The position numbers and the translations under genes were made by a program. A stretch of DNA of 64,000 bases from Nitrospinota bacterium (GTDB lineage: Bacteria; Nitrospinota; Nitrospinia; Nitrospinales; VA-1). Within the stretch, counting starts at the first letter, position 1. Each line of letters begins with the position of its first letter. Under the pieces are notes generated by a model that had not been told where the DNA came from, ran no database searches, and saw only the letters and a list, made by a program, of their open reading frames with translations. This document shows positions 18,915-27,062 of this stretch, one piece after another. The stretch is from the NCBI GenBank assembly GCA_009873635.1, contig WAHY01000003.1:141678-205677 (forward strand), read 5' to 3'.

Positions 18915-19100
18915 ATGAACGATTTATCTGCTGATGAACAAAAAAAGTTTATTACTGCAAAATCCATAATATGGTTTTTCATTGCTCTGGCCTGCATGGC
19001 TGGTTATTATTTCCTGATCAACGTTGGGTTGATGAAGGTTCAGGGACTTGATTTCTTCTATTTGTGGAGTTCAGGCGGCGGCGGCGGTGGCGGTCACTAA
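18915..19100 (+). CDS. Small membrane protein (61 aa) with a C-terminal Gly7-His tail
   Basis: ORF 'MNDLSADEQKKFITAKSIIWFFIALACMAGYYFLINVGLMKVQGLDFFYLWSSGGGGGGGH'. SD 'AAGGA' 5 nt upstream. Followed by a terminator. Confidence 0.5.
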   Translation: MNDLSADEQKKFITAKSIIWFFIALACMAGYYFLINVGLMKVQGLDFFYLWSSGGGGGGGH

Positions 19101-19128
19101 GTCTGAGTAATAGATATTAAGAAGAAAA

Positions 19129-19160
19129 ATGGCAGGCCCTAGTGGCTTGCCATTTTTTTT
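19129..19160 (+). terminator. Rho-independent terminator
   Basis: Stem ATGGCA / TGCCAT, extendable with one mismatch, followed by T8. It is preceded by an A-run, so it could act in both directions. Confidence 0.65.
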
Positions 19161-19200
19161 GCCAAATTATAGCCTCGCAACTCTTGAATAATTATGAATT

Positions 19201-19854
19201 ATGAATGAAGAACCTTCCTGCCGAGTCTACCTGTTCCGACATGGCGAAACCGCAAATTCAAAAGAAGTTTGTTTCAATGGCCATTTCGACGTGGGTCTTT
19301 CTTCAAAAGGTGAAGATCAGTTTAAGGAATGGGCCCAGCTTTTAAAGGAAGAACCATTCAAAGCTGTCTACTCCAGTGACCTCAAGCGAACAAGGGAAAG
19401 CGCTCAATTACTAACCAAGCCGCATAATCTCGAACCAGTGGCATACTCTGAGCTAAGGGAACTTTGTTTCGGTGAGTGGGAGGGATTGAGCATTTCTGAG
19501 GTTGAGGAAAAATATCCCAATCAACTTGGTGAACGAATGAAGGATATTGAGAATTTCAAAGTAAAAGGAGGGGAGACCTTTGAACAACTCCAGCAGAGGG
19601 TTGTTCCCCGGTTTGAAGAAATTATCGCCAGGCACCCCAATGAACAAATTGCCATGGTTTGCCACGGAGGAGTGAACCGGGTTATTCTTTCCCATCTGCT
19701 TGAAGTGCCTATAAAAAGAATATTCAGGGTGAAACAGGAATACGCGGCGCTCAATATCATCCAGTATTATGGAGATGAGCCGGTTGTGGAACTGCTTGGC
19801 GGGGCTACAAACAGCAAACCCGAGGCTCAGGATAAAAAAATAGCCATCCAATAG
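19201..19854 (+). CDS. Histidine phosphatase family protein (phosphoglycerate mutase/CobC-like)
   Basis: 217-codon ORF. Catalytic 'RVYLFRHGET' motif at the N-terminus. 'MVCHGGVNR' matches the second His motif. Confidence 0.85.
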   Translation: MNEEPSCRVYLFRHGETANSKEVCFNGHFDVGLSSKGEDQFKEWAQLLKEEPFKAVYSSDLKRTRESAQLLTKPHNLEPVAYSELRELCFGEWEGLSISEVEEKYPNQLGERMKDIENFKVKGGETFEQLQQRVVPRFEEIIARHPNEQIAMVCHGGVNRVILSHLLEVPIKRIFRVKQEYAALNIIQYYGDEPVVELLGGATNSKPEAQDKKIAIQ

Positions 19855-19868
19855 AAAGGGCTCCTTGT

Positions 19869-20642
19869 ATGGGGAGTTTTCTGGTTCAGATCAAAAATGC
19901 CGATGTGTATGTTGGCGAAAACCGGGTTCTCAAGTCTTTAAACTGGTCCATGAACGAAGGAGAAAGCTGGGCTGTAGTGGGTATTAATGGTTCCGGCAAA
20001 ACCACTCTCATGAAACTGGTGTTCGGTGAAATCATTCCTGTTTACGGTGGCCAGGTCCACTGGTTTGGAAAACGTGAGCACACACCCCTTCTGGAAGTTC
20101 GAGAAAACCTGGGTTACGTATCTGCTGAATACCAGAATAATTACGACCGCCCCGCTGCAGGTTGGGAAGTAGTGGCCTCGGGTTTTTTTTCATCGATCGG
20201 TTTGCATGAGGCTGTCTCCCATGAACAGAAAAAATCTGCCCTCAATGCCATGGAGCATCTTGGAATCAGCGCTTTGAGCGAAACTCCCTTTCGACAAATG
20301 TCATATGGAGAAGCCAGAAGGGTTTTACTGGCCCGGGCTATGGTTCACCGTACGAAACTGCTGATTCTGGATGAACCCTGCGCGGGTCTGGATATTCCTA
20401 CACGTGAATGTTTCCTGACCACACTGGAAAAACTCTCTAAAAAAGGGACGCGCATGATCTATGTGACTCACAGGATTGAAGAGATCATGCCTTGTATCAC
20501 CCATGTGCTTTTCTTGAAAGACGGTCAAATTATGGCGCAGGGTAAAAAAGAGGAAATGATGAAATCCGAAATGCTTTCCCGTGTCCTGGAATGTTCTTTG
20601 ACGGTAGAAAAAAAATCCGACCGATTCTGGCTCACCATTTAG
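19869..20642 (+). CDS. ABC transporter ATP-binding protein (ModF-like; no permease adjacent)
   Basis: 257-codon ORF. Walker A 'GINGSGKTT', signature 'MSYGEARR', Walker B 'LLILDEP'. Confidence 0.85.
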   Translation: MGSFLVQIKNADVYVGENRVLKSLNWSMNEGESWAVVGINGSGKTTLMKLVFGEIIPVYGGQVHWFGKREHTPLLEVRENLGYVSAEYQNNYDRPAAGWEVVASGFFSSIGLHEAVSHEQKKSALNAMEHLGISALSETPFRQMSYGEARRVLLARAMVHRTKLLILDEPCAGLDIPTRECFLTTLEKLSKKGTRMIYVTHRIEEIMPCITHVLFLKDGQIMAQGKKEEMMKSEMLSRVLECSLTVEKKSDRFWLTI

Positions 20643-20798
20643 CGAGGGAGGCAATAGGCATAGATTCACTTGATCCAAGACAAAACTATGTTAGCTATAA
20701 AATTTTTACTTGCCGCTAACTGGCCCTGGTCCAGCAGTTGATATTTGATTTTGGACAGGGTAGAATTTTGCTACTTTCACCAGTCGAGGTATTTACCC

Positions 20799-21362
20799 AT
20801 GAGGTCGAGTCTTTTTCTAACTCTGTTTTTGTTGCAAGCTTCCATAGTTTGGGGGCTTAGCCCCGAACAATGGTTTCAGGAGGGCAACCGGTATAGTGCC
20901 GAAGGAAGATTTGAAAAGGCAGTAGAGGCCTATGAAAAATCCATTGCCGGTAATCCGCTGTCTCCGGTCGCGCATTATAATCTGGGAATCGCATATAAGA
21001 ACCTGAAGCAATTGGATAATGCGGCGACTTCATTAGAAAAGTCTGTGGAGTTAGAACCGGTCAATATGGATACACGGGTAACTCTGGGTAATGTTTATAA
21101 CCTTCAGGAACGTTGGAAAGACGCAATAGGGCAGCTCAATATAGTTGTACACCGCAGACAAGGAGATGCCCAAGCACACGGAAACCTAGGTTGGGCCTAT
21201 TACAACTATAAAGCAGGACCGCCTTTCAAGAAAGTCGTTATTCTCAATTTGTCGCGTGCTGTCGAGTTATTTAGGGAACAAAACCAGTTGCGGGCCGCTG
21301 AGGCGACACAAAAGATTCTTGATGAGGCCCGGAATAAATTCGGGGTCTCGCTGATCCAATAA
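20799..21362 (+). CDS. Exported TPR-repeat protein
   Basis: I took the ATG at 20799 ('MRSSLFLTLFLLQASIVWG' signal peptide) instead of the TTG at 20745. TPR-like repeats: 'AVEAYEKSIAGNP', 'AHYNLGIAYKNLKQ', 'ATSLEKSVELEP'. Confidence 0.75.
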   Translation: MRSSLFLTLFLLQASIVWGLSPEQWFQEGNRYSAEGRFEKAVEAYEKSIAGNPLSPVAHYNLGIAYKNLKQLDNAATSLEKSVELEPVNMDTRVTLGNVYNLQERWKDAIGQLNIVVHRRQGDAQAHGNLGWAYYNYKAGPPFKKVVILNLSRAVELFREQNQLRAAEATQKILDEARNKFGVSLIQ

Positions 21363-21389
21363 GCGTAATTATTTTTTTAAGAGGATTTT

Positions 21390-21665
21390 ATGAGCAAGAG
21401 CATTACTGTCATACCCACACGCAATGAAAACACCATCACTTTCAAGCTGGATCAGGAGTTACTGCCTTATGGTAAAAGCCTGCCTTTTTCTGAACCAGAG
21501 ACGTCAGACCTTCACCCTATGGCACAAGCTTTGATGTCCATATCCGGGGTGAACAGTGCCTGGATTACCGGAAAGGAAATCATGGTCACAAAAGATACGG
21601 ATATCCGGTGGGCCACCGTAAAACCCAAAGTGATGGAAACCATCCGCAAAGTTCAGGCTAACTAA
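21390..21665 (+). CDS. Nfu/NifU N-terminal-domain (Nfu_N) protein
   Basis: 91-codon ORF. 'TRNENTITFKL...HPMAQALMSISGVNSAWITGKEIMVTKDTDIRWATVKPKVMETI' follows the Nfu_N pattern (T-x-NPN-like, PLA, GV, fITVTK, W). Confidence 0.7.
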   Translation: MSKSITVIPTRNENTITFKLDQELLPYGKSLPFSEPETSDLHPMAQALMSISGVNSAWITGKEIMVTKDTDIRWATVKPKVMETIRKVQAN

Positions 21666-21732
21666 CCGCTAGCCGCAGTGGCTAAGGCCAGGGTTTTTGC
21701 TTGCATGCAAAAAGTTGTCCCGGTTTAACGGA

Positions 21733-21863
21733 GCATTGCATATTGGCCCCACGCCTAGTGGCGGAGAACCTCCGCTGGCAAATTACAATGTCTTTATATT
21801 TGCGGGCAAAAGCGTTCTTGGTTCAAAGCGCAATTGCTTGCTGGCCCCGCGCCTAGTGGCGGA
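21733..21863. repeat. Direct repeat duplicating the 3' end of the M18 aminopeptidase gene
   Basis: The cores TGGCCCCACGCCTAGTGGCGGA (21744..21765) and TGGCCCCGCGCCTAGTGGCGGA (21842..21863) are 21/22 identical and 98 nt apart. Similar 'gcaATTGC' flanks extend each copy to about 33 nt. The second copy contains the aminopeptidase stop codon (21853..21855). Confidence 0.8.
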
Positions 21864-23151
21864 AGAATTCTTTGAATGCGTGGATCAATAATTCATGATC
21901 TTTTGCTCCCGCCATTTCACGAATCGAGTGCATGGAGAGCATCGGGTTGCCCACATCGACAGTGCGGATACCGAGATTGGCAGCTGTGATGGGGCCGATA
22001 GTGCTTCCGCAACCCAGGTCAGACCGCACCACAAACTTCTGCACAGGCACTCCTGCTTTTTTGCATAACGACTCAAACCATGCGCTGGATACCGCATCAG
22101 TGGCATACCGTTGATTCGCGTTACTTTTTATCACGGGACCGCTGTTGATGATTGGCATATGTTGAGTGTCATGTCTGTCCGAATAATTGGGGTGGATAGC
22201 ATGGGCCATATCCGCAGAGATGAAAAACGAACGGGCCATGGCCCTCAGAAACCCTTCCCTGTTTTCACTCATTGTTATTCGCTCCAAAACATCTTTCAGG
22301 AAAGGAGAACCGGCTCCTTGTGCAGTTTCGCTACCGATTTCTTCATGGTCATAGAATGCTATGACCCTTGTGGCGGGATCTTTCTTCGTGGTTTCCATCA
22401 ATGCGTGCATCGCCGCATGGCAACTGGCAAGGTTATCAAGCCGGCCGGAAAAGATGAACTCTTGTTCAGCACCAGCCAATGTTCCTGTTTGTGTATCATA
22501 CAGGGACAACTCCATGCCCACGATGTCTGCCGGTTTGCACCTCAGTTCACGAGCAACCAGTTTTTTTAGAGCCTCATCAGCCGAGGATTTTTTTTGTATT
22601 GAGAAAATGGGTGGCAAATGGTTCTGCTCATTGAGAACCAGTCCTTTTTTATTGACGTCGCGATTCAGGTGAATGGCCAGTTGAGGTATTCTTAGTAAAG
22701 CCTGCTCGAAGCGAATCAGTTTTGAAAGAGGCTTTTTCTTTCCAGCTAATATCACACGCCCTGCCAGAGATAGATCCCGATCTGTCCAGGTGGACAGGAG
22801 TACTCCTCCATAAACTTCTACACCCAGTTGCAAATATCCGTTTTTATCATATCCTGCGTTAGGTTTAAGCCTAAGGTTGGGACTATCTGTGTGGGCGCCA
22901 ATAATTTTAAAGGAAGGTTTAGGTCCCACGACAAAAGCTATCAGCGATGAATCATTACGAGTGAGAAAATACCTGCCATTGGTTTCAAGTTCCCAGGCAT
23001 CCTCTTCTTTAAGCTTGTTAAACCCTTTTTCAGCAAGAGTGTTGGACATTTCTTCTACTGCATGAAAGGGAGTGGGAGACCGGTTAATAAAATCCAGCAT
23101 GTTTTGAATTCGGTTAGTTCTGGTTTGCTGATTCATGAAAAGAGTCTCCAA
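21853..23151 (-). CDS. M18-family aspartyl aminopeptidase
   Basis: 432-codon ORF. 'SPTPFHAVEEM', 'IIGAHTDSPNLRLKP', 'EEIGSETAQGAGS' and 'MLSMHSIRE' are typical M18 blocks. Confidence 0.9.
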   Translation of the reverse strand: METLFMNQQTRTNRIQNMLDFINRSPTPFHAVEEMSNTLAEKGFNKLKEEDAWELETNGRYFLTRNDSSLIAFVVGPKPSFKIIGAHTDSPNLRLKPNAGYDKNGYLQLGVEVYGGVLLSTWTDRDLSLAGRVILAGKKKPLSKLIRFEQALLRIPQLAIHLNRDVNKKGLVLNEQNHLPPIFSIQKKSSADEALKKLVARELRCKPADIVGMELSLYDTQTGTLAGAEQEFIFSGRLDNLASCHAAMHALMETTKKDPATRVIAFYDHEEIGSETAQGAGSPFLKDVLERITMSENREGFLRAMARSFFISADMAHAIHPNYSDRHDTQHMPIINSGPVIKSNANQRYATDAVSSAWFESLCKKAGVPVQKFVVRSDLGCGSTIGPITAANLGIRTVDVGNPMLSMHSIREMAGAKDHELLIHAFKEFFRH

Positions 23152-23388
23152 ATATCTTTAAAAGCACCGGTTGCAACGGGTTTAACGCTGGTTCAACTTA
23201 AAGCTGTCTTGAACCATAACAAGTTATGTGTGTGCCAGTTTGAGGCCAAAGGCTAACTATTTGTAGATAAAAATGCTGTTACTCATCACTAAAAATGGGT
23301 TTCCGAATTTTTTCTTTAAAAGTTTCTTTGAACTTGGCACCAATCTGGATTCCTGTAAAATAAAGTAAATTTTTGAAGGAGTTGTACC

Positions 23389-23691
23389 ATGGGCCTTTTA
23401 ATAAAAGCGGACTTTAAAAAGAAGTTAGATATTAAGTTTTATAGGTATGACCCTAAAAAATCAAAACAAGAATACCACGATGACATTTTTTGTGAAATGT
23501 TTTTGCAATTTCCACAGTTCAAGGCTCATGTCGCGGCTTATATAGAAAGAAACTATTGTTTCGTCGTGAATGATGAAGATCACTCAAACCCCAAGTCCCT
23601 TCTTGAAACTTTAAAGCCTTTCGAAGTAAGGAAACTTAACGAATGGGTTTTGCTTCGCAATAAACCAGGTTCTTTGGCAAGTGGGAAATAG
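23389..23691 (+). CDS. Hypothetical protein (AT-rich island)
   Basis: 100-codon ORF with SD 'GAAGGAG' upstream. No motif recognised. Confidence 0.45.
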   Translation: MGLLIKADFKKKLDIKFYRYDPKKSKQEYHDDIFCEMFLQFPQFKAHVAAYIERNYCFVVNDEDHSNPKSLLETLKPFEVRKLNEWVLLRNKPGSLASGK

Positions 23692-23919
23692 TGCATTAAT
23701 TAAACTGCCTAATGCCTAGGCTCAAATTTAGTGAAGTGCTCTCAGTCACATAAATTTTTAATAGTTTTTTAAACTTTTCTTGTTTACTCTCTCCTATATT
23801 CTTGCAATAAATTAATATCAGGTTAAGGCCTAGCTAATGTTCGCTTTGAAAATATTATTGAATTTTTACTGTAGATATGTAGAACTGAGATTTATGCAGC
23901 GGCTGTTCAAACAATGTGC

Positions 23920-24699
23920 TTAAACTATTCTTTTGTTTGCTCTATTTCTCATTCGTAAATCAATATGATCCATATTTTTCCCAAATGGGTATTCAAGTAC
24001 TTTTTGAACCTTGATCAATATAATGAGGAAGGACATAATTAAGAATGATGTGAAAATACCATAAAGCCCAAATTCTGCAAACTTTGGTGTTAATATTAAA
24101 ACCCCTATTACCAGGGCCCAGTCTAGAAATACTCTCAAAGTTTTTGGGGTGCGGGCTTCTTTTATTGCTAATAATTTTTCAAAACTTGAATACATTTTTT
24201 CATACCAACCTAATAGGCATGAGAGTTCTGGGTCGCTTATTTTCGGTTTTTCTCGAAATTTCTCAATAGTTAAGCTAATTCGGTTAAAGAAAATATCTAT
24301 ATCAGAAAGTTTTTTTTCAGCCTCTTCGCCAACCACATCAATATGAAAAAGAAATCTTAATTTTTCAAAAAACCCTCTTAATTCAATCTGTAATAGTTCT
24401 TTTTCGTTTTCAGTTAAATGCCTCTTGCCTGTTTGCAAAAAACTCATTGCTAATGCCCATAAATTAGCCAGTTCTTCAATAGCTTGAAAACGTCTTGTAT
24501 TGGCAGTGCTTATGCTTATTGCAAAAACGAAAAATAAACCCCCAAAAAAAATCAAATCTACACTGCTAAGGTTAAAAATAAAATTATATTCTATGCAAAT
24601 ATATGTAAAAAGACTTGCTAATGGAGGAAGAGTTAAAAATCTGAATAGGAAATATATGTTTTTATTTTCATCGGTAGTCATGAGTGGAATTGTTTTCAA
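23920..24699 (-). CDS. Bestrophin-like (UPF0187/YneE-like) membrane protein
   Basis: 259-codon ORF in very AT-rich DNA. Paired hydrophobic helices at both ends. 'NTRRFQAIEELANLWALAMSF' and the C-terminal 'LEYPFGKNMDHIDL' resemble bacterial bestrophin blocks (R-[FW]-x-E-x-R-x-LW and E-x-PFG). Confidence 0.5.
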   Translation of the reverse strand: MKTIPLMTTDENKNIYFLFRFLTLPPLASLFTYICIEYNFIFNLSSVDLIFFGGLFFVFAISISTANTRRFQAIEELANLWALAMSFLQTGKRHLTENEKELLQIELRGFFEKLRFLFHIDVVGEEAEKKLSDIDIFFNRISLTIEKFREKPKISDPELSCLLGWYEKMYSSFEKLLAIKEARTPKTLRVFLDWALVIGVLILTPKFAEFGLYGIFTSFLIMSFLIILIKVQKVLEYPFGKNMDHIDLRMRNRANKRIV

Positions 24700-24745
24700 T
24701 TTTTTATAAAAGAGTGGGTTTATTTGATGTTTGTAATTTGTTGCG

Positions 24746-24769
24746 TAGAAGGAAAAAGTTTTCCTTCTA
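24746..24769. repeat. 24-nt near-perfect palindrome
   Basis: TAGAAGGAAAA-AG-TTTTCCTTCTA, with 11-nt arms. It lies 47 nt upstream of the bestrophin-like gene's start. No T-run follows on either strand. Confidence 0.6.
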
Positions 24770-25012
24770 GTAGGGGAGAGATTTTATTATAGTAGTTTCT
24801 TGTTGGGTCATTAGCGTTTAAATTTGGGTGATCTTTTTTCTGCCATTACTCAGATTGAGGTTTATTTCTAATTAACGTAATAGACTGGTGAGCTAGCTTT
24901 GTTAGGGATATAAGACTGAAACAGCGAATATTTATAAATAAAAACTATTTAATCAATTCTTTCATTAGAAATACTACAAGGCAATTAAAAAGCTGGGAAT
25001 GGGGAAAAAAGC

Positions 25013-25276
25013 TTAAACCATGTTTTTAATTAAACTTCCTTTGCCTATCTCTGGTGGGACAACTATATTCACAGAATCTTCTGTGTTGATTGGTTTAGAA
25101 CCAATGCCTTCTAACTTAAAAGGGTACCTCTTAGCACCCATTTCGCGAACTTCTGCTTTGTTTTCTTCGAGCGATTGTAAATTTTTCGATTTAATCCCTG
25201 TTGTTTCAACTGATAGTTTGGTTATGTCTGTTTGCTTCGAATTTGTAACATCTAACACATTGGTTAGTTTATCCAC
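25013..25276 (-). CDS. Hypothetical protein (AT-rich island)
   Basis: 87-codon ORF (GTG start) preceded by 'AGGGAGAG'. Hydrophilic composition. The overlapping plus-strand ORF looks like an antisense artefact. Confidence 0.35.
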   Translation of the reverse strand: MDKLTNVLDVTNSKQTDITKLSVETTGIKSKNLQSLEENKAEVREMGAKRYPFKLEGIGSKPINTEDSVNIVVPPEIGKGSLIKNMV

Positions 25277-25544
25277 ATTTTCTCTCCCTAAAAATCCAAT
25301 TAAGTATACTACACTTACTGCAGTAAAAGAAAAAAGTTATTTCCCATGCACTTTCTTTAAAATTGCTTAATTGGTTACGCTTAATTTAAAACTAAAAGAA
25401 TGCCTAATGTTTTAAAACGAGTCGCTTGGGCTTTCAAACTGTTTTAAATAGTTTGTTTTATTATTTTAGTTGGAAAACAGGCAATTCAGCCATACAAAAA
25501 ATAGTACTGAAGTAAAAACTCTCCTTGTTTATAGGTAAATTAAG

Positions 25545-26546
25545 TTATCCCCCAATTGCATGCATAGCACGGTTGGGACGTTCAAAGTCATTAAGATTAA
25601 TTTTGTGGCCGGGTTCTTTTACCAGAACTGCTTGCCGGATGGTTTCTGCAATGGCTGAATCGCTTTTGCCAGACCGGATCATTTCTTTCAGGTTGGTTTC
25701 ATCAGTTGAGAAAAGGCATGTCCTAAGTTTGCCGTCGGCAGTCATGCGAATGCGGTTGCAATGATCGCAGAAAGGGTTACTCACTGCTGTAATGATGCCA
25801 ATTTTCCCTTTGCCATCAGCAAAGGTGTATTCGCTTGCTGGTCCTATTTCAAGTGAATTGTCAACGGGTAGCAGTTCATATTTTTCTTTAATGAGATCAA
25901 CAATCTCATGCCCAAACAAAACTTTGTCGCGTTCCCAGACTTTATCAGAGTCCAGGGGCATGAACTCGATGAACCGGACTTCAAACCCGTCGGAACGACC
26001 ATAGTCGATCAGGCTCATGATTTCGGTTTCAGAGAAGTTGCGTACTGCAACAGCGTTAATCTTGATTGATTTGAACCCAACCTTGCGGGCCATGTCCAAA
26101 CCATCAAGAACCGATTGCAGACAGTCCCTGCGATTGACATCACGAAACTTTTCTGGATCCAGGGCATCGAGGCTGACGTTCAGCCGTTGAAGTCCTGCAT
26201 CATTCAAACTTTGAGCTTGGTCTTTGAGAAAAAACGCGTTTGTAGTCAGGGCTACATCGTTGATGCCTTCCACCCCATGAATCATTTTGATCAAAGTTGG
26301 CAGGTCTTTCCTCATCAGGGGTTCGCCACCCGTCAGGCGTATACGGTTTATTCCCAAACTGGATGCAATTGTCACTACACGATGAATTTCTTCAAACGTC
26401 AGAAGGTTGCTTCGATCCATGAACTCTACGTTATCTGCCGGCATGCAATAGGTGCATCTAAAATTACAGCGATCGGTGACGGATATCCGCAGGTTGACAA
26501 TTTTTCGTCCCATACCATCGACAAGTTCTGGTGATGTGCTGGTCAT
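25545..26546 (-). CDS. moaA: GTP 3',8-cyclase (molybdenum cofactor biosynthesis protein A)
   Basis: 333-codon ORF. Radical SAM 'CNFRCTYCMP'. 'RLTGGEPL'. C-terminal second-cluster cysteines 'CDHCNRIRMTADGKLRTCLF'. Confidence 0.95.
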   Translation of the reverse strand: MTSTSPELVDGMGRKIVNLRISVTDRCNFRCTYCMPADNVEFMDRSNLLTFEEIHRVVTIASSLGINRIRLTGGEPLMRKDLPTLIKMIHGVEGINDVALTTNAFFLKDQAQSLNDAGLQRLNVSLDALDPEKFRDVNRRDCLQSVLDGLDMARKVGFKSIKINAVAVRNFSETEIMSLIDYGRSDGFEVRFIEFMPLDSDKVWERDKVLFGHEIVDLIKEKYELLPVDNSLEIGPASEYTFADGKGKIGIITAVSNPFCDHCNRIRMTADGKLRTCLFSTDETNLKEMIRSGKSDSAIAETIRQAVLVKEPGHKINLNDFERPNRAMHAIGG

Positions 26547-26965
26547 TGATAAACCTCTATGTCTTGTAGACGCTTGTCGCGCCCAATTTCCAATATTTTT
26601 TTCAATTCATAAGGAATCGGTAAATGAATCCCGATTAAAGTGTATCTAAATTATAGCTTTTTTCCTCCGAATATGTATAGGATTAGTTTTTAACCCTTTG
26701 CAGGAAGAAAATGAGATTGGGAAAATGCTGGTTGAGCCGAGTCAATATATAGTTGAAGTTTTAGATAATCTTCACCAGACGGTTCGCCGACCTCATAATA
26801 GGTCAGGTAGATAGGTTTAACCCATCAAACCGATAAAACTTTTGGTTCAGCTCGGTCATTACGTTCGCCAGCGTAATGTTGATGGCCCACGCCGAGTGGA
26901 AAATGTCGAAAATTAAAGAACTTTAGCGGTCTAAATGCATCTTAAAATTGTGGCTAAGGCCATAC

Positions 26966-26985
26966 TTGATATATAATTGTATCAA
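26966..26985. promoter_or_regulatory. Inverted repeat TTGATA-N8-TATCAA enclosing TATAAT, a candidate promoter/operator of the nifU-suf operon
   Basis: Perfect 6-nt arms, about 80 nt upstream of the nifU-like start. The spacer contains a consensus -10 hexamer. The function is not demonstrated. Confidence 0.25.
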
Positions 26986-27062
26986 TGTAATCAGTTTGAG
27001 CCGCTTTATGGCCAACCTAAGGTGTATAAACAGGTAAAGCTTTAATATTTAAGGATTTAATA

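Noticed and set aside
21678-21690. The exact 13-mer GTGGCTAAGGCCA also occurs at 26950..26962. Both copies are near Nfu/NifU-type genes.
   Set aside because: A single exact 13-mer pair is within chance expectation for all position pairs in 64 kb on both strands. No extended similarity surrounds it.
21697-21891. A 64-aa ORF (TTG start) spanning the duplicated repeat downstream of the Nfu_N gene.
   Set aside because: It is built from the two repeat copies and overlaps the aminopeptidase 3' end. It has no SD and no coding-like composition.
25020-25370. A 116-aa plus-strand ORF in the AT-rich island.
   Set aside because: It overlaps almost completely the minus-strand 87-aa ORF, which has a strong SD and a hydrophilic, protein-like sequence. 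The plus-strand product is Ser/Leu/Phe-rich, like a shadow ORF. Neither is certain.
26547-26720. A possible molybdenum-cofactor (Moco) riboswitch in the moaA leader.
   Set aside because: I could see only loose fragments ('CUCGGCUC', 'UUCGGAGGA') and could not reconstruct the conserved Moco helices by eye. A covariance-model scan is needed before any call.
26806-26832. A sigma-28-like motif (ATAGGTTT-N11-ACCGATAA) on the plus strand upstream of nifU.
   Set aside because: Only 5 of 8 positions match in the -35 element, and the context (an Fe-S assembly operon) is implausible for FliA. It is much weaker than the flgM promoter.
26740-27030. An apparent decayed gene on the minus strand of the moaA/nifU spacer (e.g. 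'FDIFHSAWAINITLANVMTELNQKFYRFDGLNLST').
   Set aside because: The same frame is broken by stops every 10-40 codons, which is what random sequence of this composition gives. No motif was recognised, so this is probably pattern over-reading.
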